Assembly: GCF_006345805.1 (NCBI RefSeq)
Contig: NC_043006.1
Location: 68,386,001 to 68,450,000 of the forward strand
Source: Octopus sinensis
Lineage: Eukaryota
Reading direction: 5' to 3'
Length of the DNA: 64,000 nucleotides
Shown: one piece after another, positions 26,110 through 40,322 of the stretch
How the letters are laid out: each line of letters starts with the position of its first letter
Numbering within the stretch: the stretch's first letter is position 1
Position numbers and translations under genes: made by a program
Notes under the pieces: model-generated
What the model saw: only the letters and a program-made list of their open reading frames with translations
The model's database searches: none
What the model was told of the DNA's origin: nothing

Positions 26110-26374
26110 GTGTGCTATAATCAACAGTCAGGCTGTCTGGAGAACACAGCAAATGGTAATCTCCATTTACATGTAGATTGCCATTTGAGTTAGTGTGTGT
26201 GTGTATGTATGTTTCCAACATACAAAAGAAAAATATTATGTGTATAAATATATATATATATTCATAGAAAATGTACTGAAATGGTAAACTACATTTACGT
26301 ATTTGTGTATAACCACTACCACCACTAAATACACATACAACAATAAAAATGGGGATGTGTACCTGAATATTTTT

Positions 26375-26714
26375 TTATTCTTTTACTTGTTTCTGTCATT
26401 AGACTGTGGCCATACTGGGGCACTGCCTTGGAGAATTTTAGTCTAACGAATCGATACCAGTACCTATTTTAAAATCTTGGTACTTATTCTAATGGCGTAT
26501 TTTGCCGAACTGCTAAGTTATGGGGATGTAAACACACCAACACTGGTTGGCAAGTGATGGTGATGAACAGACACACACACACACATGCATACGACAGGCT
26601 TCTTAAAGTTTTTGTGTACCAAATCCACTCAAGGAACTGACTTCACTTGCACAAGATGCCACACAGTGGGATTGAACCTGGAACCAAGTGGTTGGGAATC
26701 AAACTTCTTACCAC
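26375..26714 (-). mobile_element. SINE family A, diverged copy
   Basis: Same body as the other family A copies, reverse orientation. Confidence 0.75.
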
Positions 26715-26732
26715 CTATATATACATACATAT

Positions 26733-26889
26733 AGGAGTGGCTGTGTGATAAGTAGCTTGCTTACCAACCTTATGGTTCTGGGTTCAGTCCCACTGCATGG
26801 CACCTTGGGCAAGTGTCTTCTACTATAGCCTCAGGTCGACCAAAGCCCTGTGAATGGATTTGGTAGACGGAAACTGAAAGAAGCCTGTC

Positions 26890-26947
<58 letters not shown>

Positions 26948-27185
26948 GTGTGTATGTATATATATGTGTATATGTTTGTGCATCTGTGTTTGTCCCCCCA
27001 CCATCGCTTGACAACCAATGTTGGTGTGTTCAGGCACCCGTAAACTTAGCTGTTCGGCAAAAGAGACCAATAGAATAAGTACAAGGCTAACAAATAATAA
27101 GTCCTGAGGTTGATTTGTTCGACTAAAGGCGGTGCTCCAGCATGGCTGCAGTCAAATGACTGAAACAAATAAAAGAATAAAAGAA
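26733..27185 (+). mobile_element. SINE family A, full length, with long internal (TA)n
   Basis: aggagtggctgtgtgataagtagc...ggcggtgctccagcatggctgcagtcaaatgactgaaac...aaagaataaaagaata. Confidence 0.88.
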
Positions 27186-27619
27186 TACACACACACACAC
27201 ACGCACACACACACACGCACACACACACACACATAGATACATATATACACAATACATACACATACGTGCATACATGTGTGTTAAGATATATGGCTTAGTG
27301 ATAAGGGTGTTGGCCTGACTGGCCTGATGATCAAAAAGTTATAGGTTCAATTTCTGGGCCAGGCAATATGTTGTCATCTTTGAGAAATGCACTTCATTTC
27401 AGATTATTCCAGTCTACTCAGCTGATATTGAATATCAGCCAAGTATTGCATGTGCCTATGAAATTTTAAGTCATATGGAGTTGAGTCAAACTCTTATTAA
27501 ATATGTGTAAATTCCAGCCAAATATGATGAGTGCCACGTTTTTTGTTTTTTTTTGCTATTTACTCGTTTGTTTGTATGTGTGTATATATATATAAGATGC
27601 AAATACACAACTATATATA

Positions 27620-27815
27620 GTTAATCTAAACATGAAAACACAAAGAGAAAATATAACAACGCGAGGACGTAGAACAAGTATAGTATTATTGGACACTCAG
27701 GAAAGAAGGAGCTCTTCATCAGAAACATAGGAAAAGGAAAGATCCAAAGAAGGGAAGATGGAGGAAAAAAATTGCCAACGGTACACACGCAGTCACATTT
27801 TGAACGTATACATAC
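27620..27815. repeat. TA-flanked dispersed repeat; shorter copy at about 41190-41265
   Basis: Shared catgaaaacaca...acaacgcgaggacgt.gaacaagtatagt.ttatt..acactcaggaaag. Confidence 0.6.
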
Positions 27816-27896
27816 ACACACTTATACATATGTATACACAAACACATGCATGCACAGGAACACACATCATCTTTTTCTTGTTTGCATGAGTTAGAT

Positions 27897-28232
27897 CAGG
27901 GGCTCTCAACCTTTTTGTATCTATGGACCCCTTTGATTACTATTTTATTCTGGTGGACCCCAACAGCTATTCAATTTTTGAAAACTAGTTTTATAGAAAT
28001 TAAAAAATTCCTATTTTGCTTTTCTCTCATTAACTTTTTTAAGGTTGATCTATGTAAAAGAGAAAGATCTATGTTAGAGAAAGAAACCTAGTTGTTTCTT
28101 GCAACATATACCAATACATACATCAGAAGCAAAATTTTTTCAGGGTCCCTTAAAATACTATTGTGCTGTTTGGACCTCCAAAATCTTACATGAATCCTCA
28201 GGGGCCATATGGATCCAGGTTGAGAACCACTG
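27897..28232. mobile_element. hAT (Charlie-like) MITE
   Basis: TIRs CAGGGGCTCTCAACCT / AGGTTGAGAACCACTG; 8-bp TSD AGTTAGAT / GGTTAGAT (7 of 8 match). Confidence 0.82.
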
Positions 28233-28389
28233 GGTTAGATGGGGTTCATTGGAGCAGATTTTCTATAGCTGGATGCCCTTCATGATGCCAACCCTAACCA
28301 ATTTTCATGGAAGATTGGAAATGAACACTCCCACTTGTATGCCAGAGACACTTGTTTACAGACTGCCATTGCAATGTCAAGATGTATAT

Positions 28390-28990
28390 CTGCTTTTATT
28401 CTTTTACGTGTTTCAGTCAGTTGACTGTGGCCATGCTGGAGTACTGTCTTCAAAGCTTTTAGTCAAACAAATCGACCCCAGGACATTTTTTAAAGTCTAG
28501 AACTTATTCTATCTTTTGCTGAACTGCTAAATTATGGGGGACTTAAACACATCAACATCAGTTGTCAAGCGGTGATGGTGGTACAAATGCAAACACAAAG
28601 ACACTCACACACATATACATACATACATATATATATATATATATCACTACACTCATGGAGTGGTTGGCGTTAGAAAGGGCATCCAGCCGTAGAAACACTG
28701 CCAGATCTGACTGGGCCTGACGAAGCCTTCCAGCTTCACAGACCCCAGTTGAACCGTCCAACCCATGCTAGCATGGAAAGCGGACGCTAAATGATGATGA
28801 TATATACACACATACATATATATATATTTGACAAGTATCTTTCTTTTTCTGTCTACCAAATCCACTCACAAGGCTTTGATTGGTCCAAGGTTAGAGTAGA
28901 AGACACTTGCCCAAGTTGCCATGCAGTGGGACTGAACCTGGAACCATGCCGTTGGGAAGCAAGCTTCTTACTTCACAGCCACACCTGCGC
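28390..28990 (-). mobile_element. SINE family A interrupted by an (ATC)n-tailed family D element (about 28625-28800)
   Basis: The 3' half of family A is at about 28390-28620 and the 5' half at about 28830-28990. A family D sequence sits inside the central TA/CA microsatellite. Confidence 0.7.
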
Positions 28991-30310
28991 CTATACATAC
29001 ATATATATATACACATATATATCTGTGTGTGCGTGTTTATAAATATATATATATATATATATATATAGCCATCATTGTCTTTTATCATTATTATTGTTTT
29101 AATAACCACATTTCCATGTTTGCATGGGTTTGATGGAGTGTATAAAGGCACATCATCTATAGCCAGAAAAGATAAGTTTGAAGAGAACGATAGTGTTATA
29201 TATATATATATAATGCTGAATTAACTATTAAGCAAAATAAGTACATGCTTAGGACATCAAGGGAAAGTAGGGCACCACTGAAATGGTAAATGGTTTATGG
29301 CACAAAAGAAATCACTTTAAATTTGCTAAAATAATATTTGAAGTGGTTTGTATGATCAGAAATATAATTTCAAAGTGTTCATCGTGTCATAGTGAGGATC
29401 TCCTCAAAGATTTTGCAATAAAAAAACAAAAAGTTATGAGAAAACTTTTCAAATATAAATGAAGTGGAAGCACACAAAAATAAACATTATTTTCCATCTT
29501 ACTGTCAGTTTTATTTCATTTAAAAAAATATAAATCTATTCTATGGGTTAACATTGTTTATATTTTGAATTACATATATATCAGGGCACCAAAATCTTTG
29601 AAGTGCTAAGGGCCTCTAATAGGTCTTAATCTGACCCCGAATACATAAACATACATACTTGCATACATTTAAGGAAAAGAGATACAAATAAATGGATGGA
29701 TAGATAGATAGATATAGATAAACAGATATGGATATAGTGTGTTAAATATGGACAGAAAGACAGATATACATAGATAAGAGATAGATAGATGTAGATAGAT
29801 GTAGATAGATAGGGAAAGCCTGTGTAAAAGTAGAGTAGTTATCTTATCTAAGAAAACATCCTGCCAGTATTTTCAGCAATCTAACTCCCATTGCCATCTT
29901 ACTTTTCCACAAACCATCATCAGCATTATAATCTCCATCTCACTTTAATGTCAACCTAGGGATGGAGTGTGAGGTGAGTAATGATAAGTGAGGACTTTGG
30001 AGGGTGAGGATATAGAACTGAGGATACATGTGTGTGTGAACATCGAAGGAAATATTGATAAACTGCCAGAGAGTATGTGTGTGTCCTAATATTGTTGAAA
30101 TTGACTTAAACTCTACAATACAGCTCCTATTACCATCAACACTATGGCACCCATCCATATATCTTTATGGATATGTGGTAAAGAAGTTCAATTCAAAGCC
30201 ATGTGGTTCCAGATTTGATCCCACTGTGGGACATTTTGGACAACTGTGTTCTATCTACCATAGAGCCCTGAGCTGGGTAAAGCCTTAACGATTAGAATAC
30301 GATAACTGTG

Positions 30311-30344
<34 letters not shown>

Positions 30345-30349
<5 letters not shown>

Positions 30350-30725
30350 TCTTTTCTTTTACTTGTTTCAGACATTTGACTGCAGCCATGCATCTATTCC
30401 ATCTCAATCCTTTAGTCCCAGGATTTATTCTTTGTAAGCCTAGTGCTTATTCTATTGGTCTCTTTTGCCAAACCGCTAAGTTATGGGGACATAAATGCAC
30501 CTGCATTGGTTGTCAAACAATGGTGAGGGGGACAAACACACACACACACACACATATATACGATGGGCTTCTTTTCAGTTTCCGTCTACCAGATCCACTC
30601 ACAAAGCTTTGGTCAACCTGAGGCTATAGTAGAAGACACTTGCCCAAGGCGCCATGCAGTGGGACTGAACCCAGAACCAGGTGGTTGTTAAGCAAGCTAC
30701 TTACCATACAGCCACTCCTGTGCCT
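30345..30725 (-). mobile_element. SINE family A
   Basis: Family A body in reverse, ending cagccactcctgtgcct. Confidence 0.8.
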
Positions 30726-31779
30726 ACACATACACACATCATCATTGTTTAACGTCCGCTTTCCATGCTAGCATGGGTTGGGCGATTTTACTGAGGACTG
30801 GCGAACCAGATGGCTGCACCAGGCTCCAATCTGATCTGGCAGAGTTTCTACAGCTGGATGTACAAAATACTTTTATTTTGGTCAAGTTGGTCTCTTGCTT
30901 CTCTCAGGCAAGTTTATAAATGTGTGTGTGTGTGTTTGTGTGTGTAAACCTTGTGCAGAAAATGAAAAACTGGTGCTTTTAAAATGAAGCCTCTGGTGAC
31001 ATTTGTTCTGCACTTTGTTACAGGGATTCCCTTATCACTTACAGAGAGATTCCCTTATCAATTCAGTGAACCTTTGATTGATTTCTTGGAAACCAATAAA
31101 CCTATTTTCCTTTAATTGTAATATAGAATTTAAAAACAATACCAACTAAAGTTCATAACATTCTATCATTATTGTAATCCTAGAATCACCACTACCATAA
31201 CAACCAATACTACATGGAATCTCTTCTGTAATTTAATTACAGACTTGTAGTTATTACCATCACCACCATTATTATACATATAGAATTCCTCTCTTATGCT
31301 TTACATCTTCCCCACACTCTCTAAAGCTGTATGACCCCTCTCACATTTGCAGTGATGCTGCCCCCACTTCCAGTTTCCTCTACAGGTGGTTTCCCTCCCC
31401 CAACAATCATGAATAAAATGGGCAACCTTTCCATTATATCTTGCCTGTTGCTAAGCCTCAGTTCCCTTCAATCAACCTTTACTTTTAATCAAGTTCCTGA
31501 AAAGAAAAACAACAGCAACAAAGGAAAAAAAAAATCAAAATGTTTGATATGTCCATTTACTCAAACCAACACCCACAGGAAATTGATTAAGAATTAATTA
31601 ATGAAAATGTAAATAGAACAGTATAAGAAGTACCAATGTAAGGCAGGTAACTCATGGATACATGGTTCACAGTCCTACCAGTGGCAGAACTGTGGTTAAC
31701 AATCCCACCTTTTCATTTGCTAACATCTAATAATAACCAATTGCATTAACCATTACTACTACTATTATTACTATTATTA

Positions 31780-32330
31780 TTATTGAGTGAGAGAGCAATG
31801 CATGCCACCTAAGTGATACTGGGGTACAAATATATGAAGCCCATCATGACTACCCATCTGATAAGGGTACACCAGGCTCATGCATCACAACCATATCTGT
31901 GTGACATGGTGACCTCATATCAAGACAAATAGCGTATGACCTTACAGGTGAGCCTAGTTAGAATTTTCTTCAGGCAGAGTAGTCCATCCTGCAAAAAAGG
32001 TCCCGGAAAGAGGTTTGCTTAAGGATGTTGAATGAAACATTCATTTTTCCAGGGGTGAATTATTCAAACCCCAAAGAATCCCTCTCAATACATGGCTATG
32101 ATGCTTCCCAACTACTTCTGCTGGTAATCAGAGATGCACATATTGTCAGCCACTAAGGGACATGCTCAACTGGTTAAGGTCAAACAACGGACAAGAAATT
32201 CCATGGTATTGAGCAGAATATTTGCTGTAGCCCATCTGTTATACCAAGACAAAACAATGTACATGATAACACTTCCAATCAGTTAAGATCAAAAGCCATG
32301 GGAGCCACTGCCAGGTATGGCATCAATTCT
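31780..32330 (-). mobile_element. About 550-bp retroposon-like element with a (TAA)n tail; partial copy at 38225-38640 interrupted by a family C SINE
   Basis: Shared ttattcaaaccccaaagaat..ctctc...catggctatgatgct...agccactaagggacatg.tcaa.tggttaaggtcaa...gagcagaatatttgct; (att)n at the left end. Confidence 0.65.
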
Positions 32331-32584
32331 GAGCATACACCTGTGAAAAAATAAAAGAAGGGCTCTTGCCCTGTTGCTCTAGTACCTGTCGCTTTTGTGG
32401 GTTTTTCCACAAAGAACCTTAAAGCACCTCCTCCTATTGGGAGATTTGTATTGTTTAATTTTTTTATTGTTTTCTAATGTTTGTTTACATGCTGTAAAAT
32501 CCTTTCTATTGGCTTGTGTTGTCTTTTATGTTGCGTCATATCATTTTATGTTGTTTTATGTAAGCCCTTGTGGCTAGTAAAAGA

Positions 32585-32617
<33 letters not shown>

Positions 32618-32639
32618 CATCATCATCATCATTATTATC

Positions 32640-32880
32640 AAGGTGGCCAAACTGACAGAAGTGTTAAAGCAGTGAGCTGGCAGAAACGTTAGCATGCTGG
32701 GCGAAAGGCTTAGGAGTATTGAGGTTGACTTTGCCTTTCATCCTTTCGGGGTCGATAAATTAAGAACCAGTTACGCACTGGGGTAGATGTAATCGACTTA
32801 ATCACTTTGTCTGTCCTTGTTTGTCCCCTCTATGTTTAAAGCCCCTTCTGGGCAATGAAGAAATAAGAACTATTAGCAAA
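32640..32880 (+). mobile_element. SINE-like family C, well-preserved copy
   Basis: gagctggcagaaacgttagc...gaggttgactttgcctttcatcctttcggggtcgataaattaag...cactggg...aatcgacttaatc...gaaataag. Further copies at about 14915-15125, 38310-38548, 44115-44260, 46900-47080, 48180-48400, 54690-55110 and 59020-59150. Confidence 0.8.
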
Positions 32881-33558
32881 CTGGACAAAATACTACCAAG
32901 GTCAACTTTACCTTCCATCCTTTTTGTTGGGTACAGTGAAGGAGCGGGGTTGGGTGGTGCAGGGGGAAGGTGTAAGGACTGGAGTACCTCAGCAGAAAAG
33001 GGTGGTGGGGAGGGTGGTGTTAGAAGTATTAACAGACACAACTCTACTTTAAATTCTCCAGTAACACTAAATTCAGTCAAAAGTCACAAGACTGAACCAG
33101 AAACTTTTTATGTTTCCATTGCTGTAGTTTCTTTGAAGTGAACAGCTGAGTAAGAGAAGTCAGTCAAACAACAACAACAGCAGCAACAACAACATGAACC
33201 ATGCAAGTGTAGAAATGGATATTATGATGATGACGACGATGATGATTAAAATGACGACCATGGTGATTAAGATGATGATGATGATAATGATGATGTAGTT
33301 GAGTAAGAAAGTAGGCCAGAGAGAAGAAACTGAACATTTCTTGGGTCTGGAGATACTTGCTTATTATTTAATCAAGATTTTGTCTTGTTGACATTTGAGA
33401 ATACCCCCTCACCCCCTCTCTTGCCTCAGTGGTGTTGGGATGAGGGTGGCGATGCAGGGAGGGAGAATGGGGGGGGGGAGACGTTCTCTAATGGGTTTCA
33501 AATGCCATAAGTTAGAGAGTATGTGAGGATTAGGTGTGTGTGTGTGTGTGAGAGAGTA

Positions 33559-33604
<46 letters not shown>

Positions 33605-34988
33605 GGGGTTTGGTCAGGGTTATGAATGACTTAATATGCACTTTGAACAGATGTGTGTGTGATAAGCTAGACATGGGGGAGCCAACATAGAGAGTTCTGG
33701 TGAAGAGAAGATAGAACTCCTGGAGGATGGACCAACAGCACCAACACTGCCACCACCACCACCCTTTATAACTGCATGTTTTCTTATATTAAAGGCATTA
33801 GTTTTCTGCTGCCGTGCAGTTAACTAGGACTGACTCTTGTCACTGTTACAGAGTGAGGTAGGACGGGGGTGGTGGTAAGGGGGGGGGGCAAACATCCTCC
33901 CACCTCCTCTAATCCCCACTCGATGTATAAAATGTAGGTGAGGGTGGAGCGATAGCCACTCCCAACAGCTGATTGTAGAGTTGATGTTGTTGACTTACAT
34001 CAACAATCATGGAACTTGGTAGGGTTGGACATCTTGTTAAGGAGATAGAAAGATAGACTACACACACACACACTCACACACAACAAAGTATCTGGTGTAA
34101 ACTGAGGGTAGTCAATGAAAGGCCCCAAGAAGCAGGAGAGAATTCAATGGATAAGAATAGAATCCATTATTATGATGCTGGTGTTTAATGTTAGTATCTG
34201 TGGTTGTGATGATGATGATGATGATGATGATGTCCCATAATTCCTGGTGGTGAAGTAAACTTGGAACAGCAGATATCTTTGCTACACCATGTGTCATTGC
34301 TAATCTCATATCTTCAGTACAAGGCAGTTCAGAGTTTGAACAGACTACACACACACACACACACACTCTTTCTCTCTCCATACACAAACATCTGACAAGG
34401 GAACTCTCTTTTCTGATTACGCCAGCGTGTGCAAACACAAATTATGCATGTGATTAGATACACACACACACCCATATATATATATGTGTGCGCACGTGTG
34501 TGTGTGTGGTGTGTGCATGCATGTAAAACATAGCTGAAGAAAAAAGTATTTATGCATGTGTATATATGTATGTATGTTTGTGTGTGTGCGTGTGTATGTG
34601 TGGAGAGTTAAATTTCATTGGTTCTCTTCACAAATTCCGTTTGAATCTGTCAAGGTTGTTTGTGACAGTCAATATTGTGTTTAGTGATGTGACATTGTAA
34701 TAGGAGGTGGGCACAGTGATGTGGAGAGAGAAAGAGAGAGACTGAAAGAGGAGAGGGTGAGAGAAAGAGGAGGGAGAGAGAGAGAGAGAGAGACAAGGAG
34801 AGACAGTGGTAATGACAGCAAATAGAAAAGATTGATTTTTTTCTAAGTTCTAATAGAAAGAACTTCCTATTAGAGATAGAAATAGATGTCTGTTCGCGTA
34901 TATGTTTGTATGGGTCGATATGCATGTGTGTGTGTGTATATATATATATACATACAAACACACATGTATAGATTAATGTGTCTGTATG

Positions 34989-35036
<48 letters not shown>

Positions 35037-35390
35037 TGTATGTGAGTATATATATATATGTGTATGTGTATATACATATATATGCAGCAATGGTTAAGAT
35101 ATTTAGATTATAACCACAAGGTCTTGTGTGAAATTTTGAACAAATGTCATTTTCTCAAGCCATGGGTTGACCACCACCAAACCTTGTGAGTGAAATTGGG
35201 TAATGGAAACTGTATAGAAGCCTGTTTGCTGGATTGTCCCTGTAATCCAAAAAACTGAGTCATGCTAATTCTGCCTTGGAATTACATTAAGGGTGTGTGT
35301 GTCTGCCATCTACATGTTAATTTGAAAGCAGGTTATTAAGCTGATTAAACAACTGGATTGTCATGGTCAAACAACAGAGTATCACTGTAT

Positions 35391-35424
<34 letters not shown>

Positions 35425-35426
<2 letters not shown>

Positions 35427-35700
35427 GGCATGGGCATGGCTGAGTGGTAAGAAGTTTGCTTCCCAACCACATGGTTCTGGGTTCAGTTCCATTGCGTGAC
35501 ACTTTGGTCAGGCAAGTGTCTTCTACTGTAGCCTTGGGCTGACAAAAGCCTTGTGAGTGGATTTGGTAGATGGAAAGTGTTGTGTATATGTAGGCATGTG
35601 TGTGTGTCTTTGTTTCTCTCCCATTGTTGCTTGACAAATGGTGTTGGTGTGTTTATGTTCATGTAACTTCGAAGTTCTGCAAATGACGCAGGTAGAATAA
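35425..35700 (+). mobile_element. SINE family A, diverged and truncated
   Basis: ggcatggctgagtggtaagaagtttgcttcccaaccacatggttctgggttcagttcc... Confidence 0.7.
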
Positions 35701-37426
35701 ATACCTGACTCGATATCATCATCATTATCATCATCGTTTAACGTCTGCTTTCCATGCTAGCATGAGTTGGACGATTTGACTGAGGACTGGTGAACCTGAT
35801 GGCTGCACCAGGCTCCAATCCTGATCTGGCAGAGTTTCTACAGCTGGATGCCCTTCCTAATGCCAACCACGCCGAGAGTATAATATATATATATATATAT
35901 ATATACATACACATACACACATATATATATATATATATAAGTACTGGAAGCAATTCATTTGATCAAAAATTCTTCAAGGTAATGCCCCAGGATGGCAGTC
36001 TAATGACTGAAACAAGTAAAATATAAAAGATACATATATATAATGTGTTTCTCTGTGTGTGTGTGTGTGTGTTGTGTGCTACCATGATATTTAATAAATG
36101 TTTAATTTGCTAAATGGAATATTCCTTCAATATAGGAATAAAATACATTTCCTGTCATTAACTTTCTGGTAAATTCCTTAAGTTTCACAATATTCGTTTT
36201 ACATCCAAAATATATTTGCTTGGCCAGAATTTTCTGCTTTATTGCTTCTTATGGCTGTGTTGAGATTTGTTGATTTGACAGGTCAGCAATGTCTTGTCAT
36301 TCCTCTCCCTACTACAGTTGGTTTACTAAATATAGACATCAGAACAGATACACTATCAGCTGAGGATCTCCATCCACACACAACTGGCTTTACCTAACAT
36401 TTTAAGGGGTGGCTACAGAAATAAGAGGACAGAATTCACATAGATAAACCATCGTTGTTGGATATATCTTAAATCTTTAGCTGGGAGTGGATATAAAGTG
36501 GGTGTATGAATAACATAATTCTAATGTGTTCTGCATCTGGTATAGTAAATCCCTTGAAAGAAAACACTTAGTTCCATTTTCATATAATGAAGTGAATGAG
36601 AGATAAAACTTTGTTGAGATAATATGCTAGTCTCTCACAGGTAACATTCCCAGATGATTTGACATCTATTTCTAACAGTGATATGAACCGAGGTTTGCTC
36701 TGAACAGTCTCAAGATACCTCTTCATTACACATAACATCAAAGGTATTTCTATGCAGTCACCCTGCCTGCTAGAAATGACTGCCAAATTTCTCACACATC
36801 ACACGCTTGTAGCTTAAAAAATAAAGGACCCATTTGATAATCTAGTCCTTGAATATATCGAATAATAACAGGGTCCCAGCTAGAGCACTTTTGATCAAAG
36901 AACTGGTCAATCAGAGCTCAATAGTGGGTAATGCTGTAGGGCCCTACCCATCAGCTCTTATCTACATCCTCTAAGTGTTTGCTACATCTCAATCTCTGGT
37001 GATTAAGAATAATCACATATAACCAAAGCTGCACCACAGATGGTATATTTTCAGAAACCCCCTCAGTCGAAATAGTCGATGGTATTCCACAAGATGCAAC
37101 ACACTTTAATTACCCCCCACACACACAATACCACTCACATATCTGGATAGAGTAGCTGTTACACACACACATTACAGGCTATATATATCATCATCATTTT
37201 AACATTCATTTTTCCATGCTCACACAGGTTGGACAGACTTTGTGAGGCAGATTTCCTAAGGCCAGATGCCCTTCCTGTCACCAACACTCACCTGTTTCCA
37301 AGCAAAGTAATATTTCCCCATAATGGAGAGATTGGGAACAAAGGACATTGTTTGCATGACAGTGACTTTGTTACAACCTCCACATGATGTCAAGGCAAGG
37401 TGACAGTTTAAAACACATACACACAC

Positions 37427-37470
<44 letters not shown>

Positions 37471-39383
37471 AGCTTCTTTTGGCTAGTGTGTTTTCAAATC
37501 TGTTCACAAGACTTTGGTTGGTACTCAGAGCTATAGCAGAAGATGCTTGCCTTAAGCACCACACAGTGGGATTGAATCTGGAGATATCATCAGAAAGCAG
37601 ACTTCAAACTACGCACCCATACCTACACACACACACATTTGTGTGTGTGCACAAGAGTGTGTGTGTGTGTGATTGCAAACTTTACACACTTCAACATACT
37701 GTGTTCTTCAGTTGTCTCTTCTGTTATCACTGGAATAATCTTTCGTTGTCAAAGCCAACAAGTTGTGTCCCACCGCTACAAAAGCCCTTATACCTGCACA
37801 TTTTCCCCATATCCTACTGACTAGAACTGAAACAAATTGGACCCTGTCTTCTGTTCACATGTCCCCCACACACATTATACTGAACTGCAACAGCATAACC
37901 TAGCCTTTATGAATGGTAAGTTAAAAAAACCTTCAGGTAGACATTATACACCTTCCTTGAACCACATAAAATGAAATACTTATAGTAAGATATGAACCCA
38001 CAAATCAGGACTTGGATACTGATAGCTTCACTGCATCTACTAACACATTCTGCCACTATAACAGAGATAACGGGGATAACCATATAATTACTGGTATGCC
38101 CTGTAGTGAAGGAGTTAGTGTTATAGCATTCGCAAATTTTGTCTTTGAGTAGCAACTGTTATTTCCTATTTGCTTGCCCCTAGAAAATTTGAAAAGTGGC
38201 TAATATTTCCTTCAAACTTTGCTTTTGTTACATTTATTCAAACCCCAAAGAATTCCTCTCAGCACATGGCTATGATGCTACCCCCAATACTTCTGCCCAT
38301 GAACTGAGATACATATATTTATTTCTTTACTACCCACAAGGGGCCAAACACAGAGGTAACAAACAAGGACAGACAAAGGAATTAAGTCGATTACATCGAC
38401 CCTAGTGCGTAACTGGTACTTAATTTATCGACCCCCGAAAGGATGAAAGGCAAAGTCGACCTTGGTGGAATTTGAACTCGGAACGCAACAACAGACGAAA
38501 TATGGCTACGCATTTCGCCTGGCATGCTAACGTTTCTGCCAGCTCGATTGTTAGCCACTAAGGGACATGTTCAAGTGGTTAAGGTCAAGCAACTGACAAA
38601 CAGTTCAGTGGTACTGAGCAGAATATTTGCTATAATGATATTTCTGCTTCAGCAACTCAGCACTGAATCTGTCTGAAATGTAATGGGAAATAGGTCAGTT
38701 TCAAAACATTGATGTCCAGGTCACAAAAGCAAAGTTTGAAGGGAATAGTAGTCATTTCCTTTGATTTCCAGATAGAAACAAATAGGAAATAATACTTACT
38801 GACCAAAGACAAAACAAATAAACATTTTGTTACACAATGTAATTACTGTGAGATTTTCTAATGAAGAAATATTATCACACCAATAAATTAAACATATCCC
38901 TTCACATCATTAGGTGTGACTCTCAATATAGGGATTATTTAAGGAGCCAACCATGAGACCCCTGTACACACTGAATAACAAATGTTAACTTAATCCCTAA
39001 CATTCCAGAATAATCTGGGGGTTCCACCCACAACTTGCCCCCAGAAAGAGTTTAATCAGCCATGAACAACAGCAACAACAAGGATAAACGAAGATTAACA
39101 AGGATTAAATTATCCTTTAAGGGATGTTGAAAGTGAGAAATTAATCTTTTCATAGACAAGTACTACAATTAGAGCAGTGGGAGTAGTGTTGGTGGTAGTG
39201 CAATAACAATGGTGGTGGTGCAGAGGTGAAGGTGTGATAGTGGTGGTGTTTTGATACAGTAGTAGTAGTTGCAGTAGTGGTGGTGGTCTGTGCACGTACA
39301 AACAGTATGCAAATTTATCTAGTATATAAACACACATCACCCTTGGAGACATTCATTCAATATACACACATATCACCTGGAAT

Positions 39384-39420
<37 letters not shown>

Positions 39421-39953
39421 AGCTAAAGAGGAAGCTTGTATGTGGTCACTCAAATTTGCTAGACATATTGGACAAACTTCTGTCAAATCATACTATGCTG
39501 TTTAAAAAAATGAAAAGAACACTGGATAATGTAGTCTTGAGATAAAATGAGAAGAAAGATGAAATGGTCATGGCTGGAAGTTTTTTGTCTGTATGTTTGG
39601 TGGATGAAGACTAAGATGGCCTAAACTAGGAAACACACAAAAACTTATTTCAGGTTACAAACTGTAGCTGAAACCAAGTGTGATTAGTAGAAAATATCAG
39701 AGAAAGGAGAGAGAGACATGTAAGAAGAAACAACAACAGGATATATATTGTAACACCAGGGTATATAATAAAGGGTAGCAGTCATTAAGACAGACACACC
39801 CAAAATAGAGTCTAAAACTGGTTTTACAACAATCAACGGTCTCATTTCAGGACAAAATTTTCAAATGTACTGCACCATGTAATAATTGTTTTACAATTCA
39901 ACATTCTTTTCTGTTGCAGACAAGCAGCTTTATATGTTATGTGGATGTATGCA

Positions 39954-39987
<34 letters not shown>

Positions 39988-40096
39988 ATTAATAATATCA
40001 GGGTAATAAAGATTTAAAATTTTTTTATTACAAGTGGCCTAGCTTGTAGAAAAATTAGTCAATAGACAATATATTATAATAACTTTATATATAGGC

Positions 40097-40131
<35 letters not shown>

Positions 40132-40283
40132 TAACAAACGTCTTTCAGTTTCTAACAGCAAAATTCACTCACAAGCCCAAGGCTTTGGTAGAAGAGTAGA
40201 AGACACGAAGTGCCAAGCAGAGGAACTGAACCCAAAACCACACAGTTGGGAAGCAAATTTCTTAGCACAGAGTCATGCTGGCA

Positions 40284-40320
<37 letters not shown>

Positions 40321-40322
<2 letters not shown>

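Noticed and set aside
27690-27730. Minus-strand CTGATGA (27716-27722) as a Penelope-type hammerhead
   Set aside because: No downstream GAAA to close the catalytic core in this copy.
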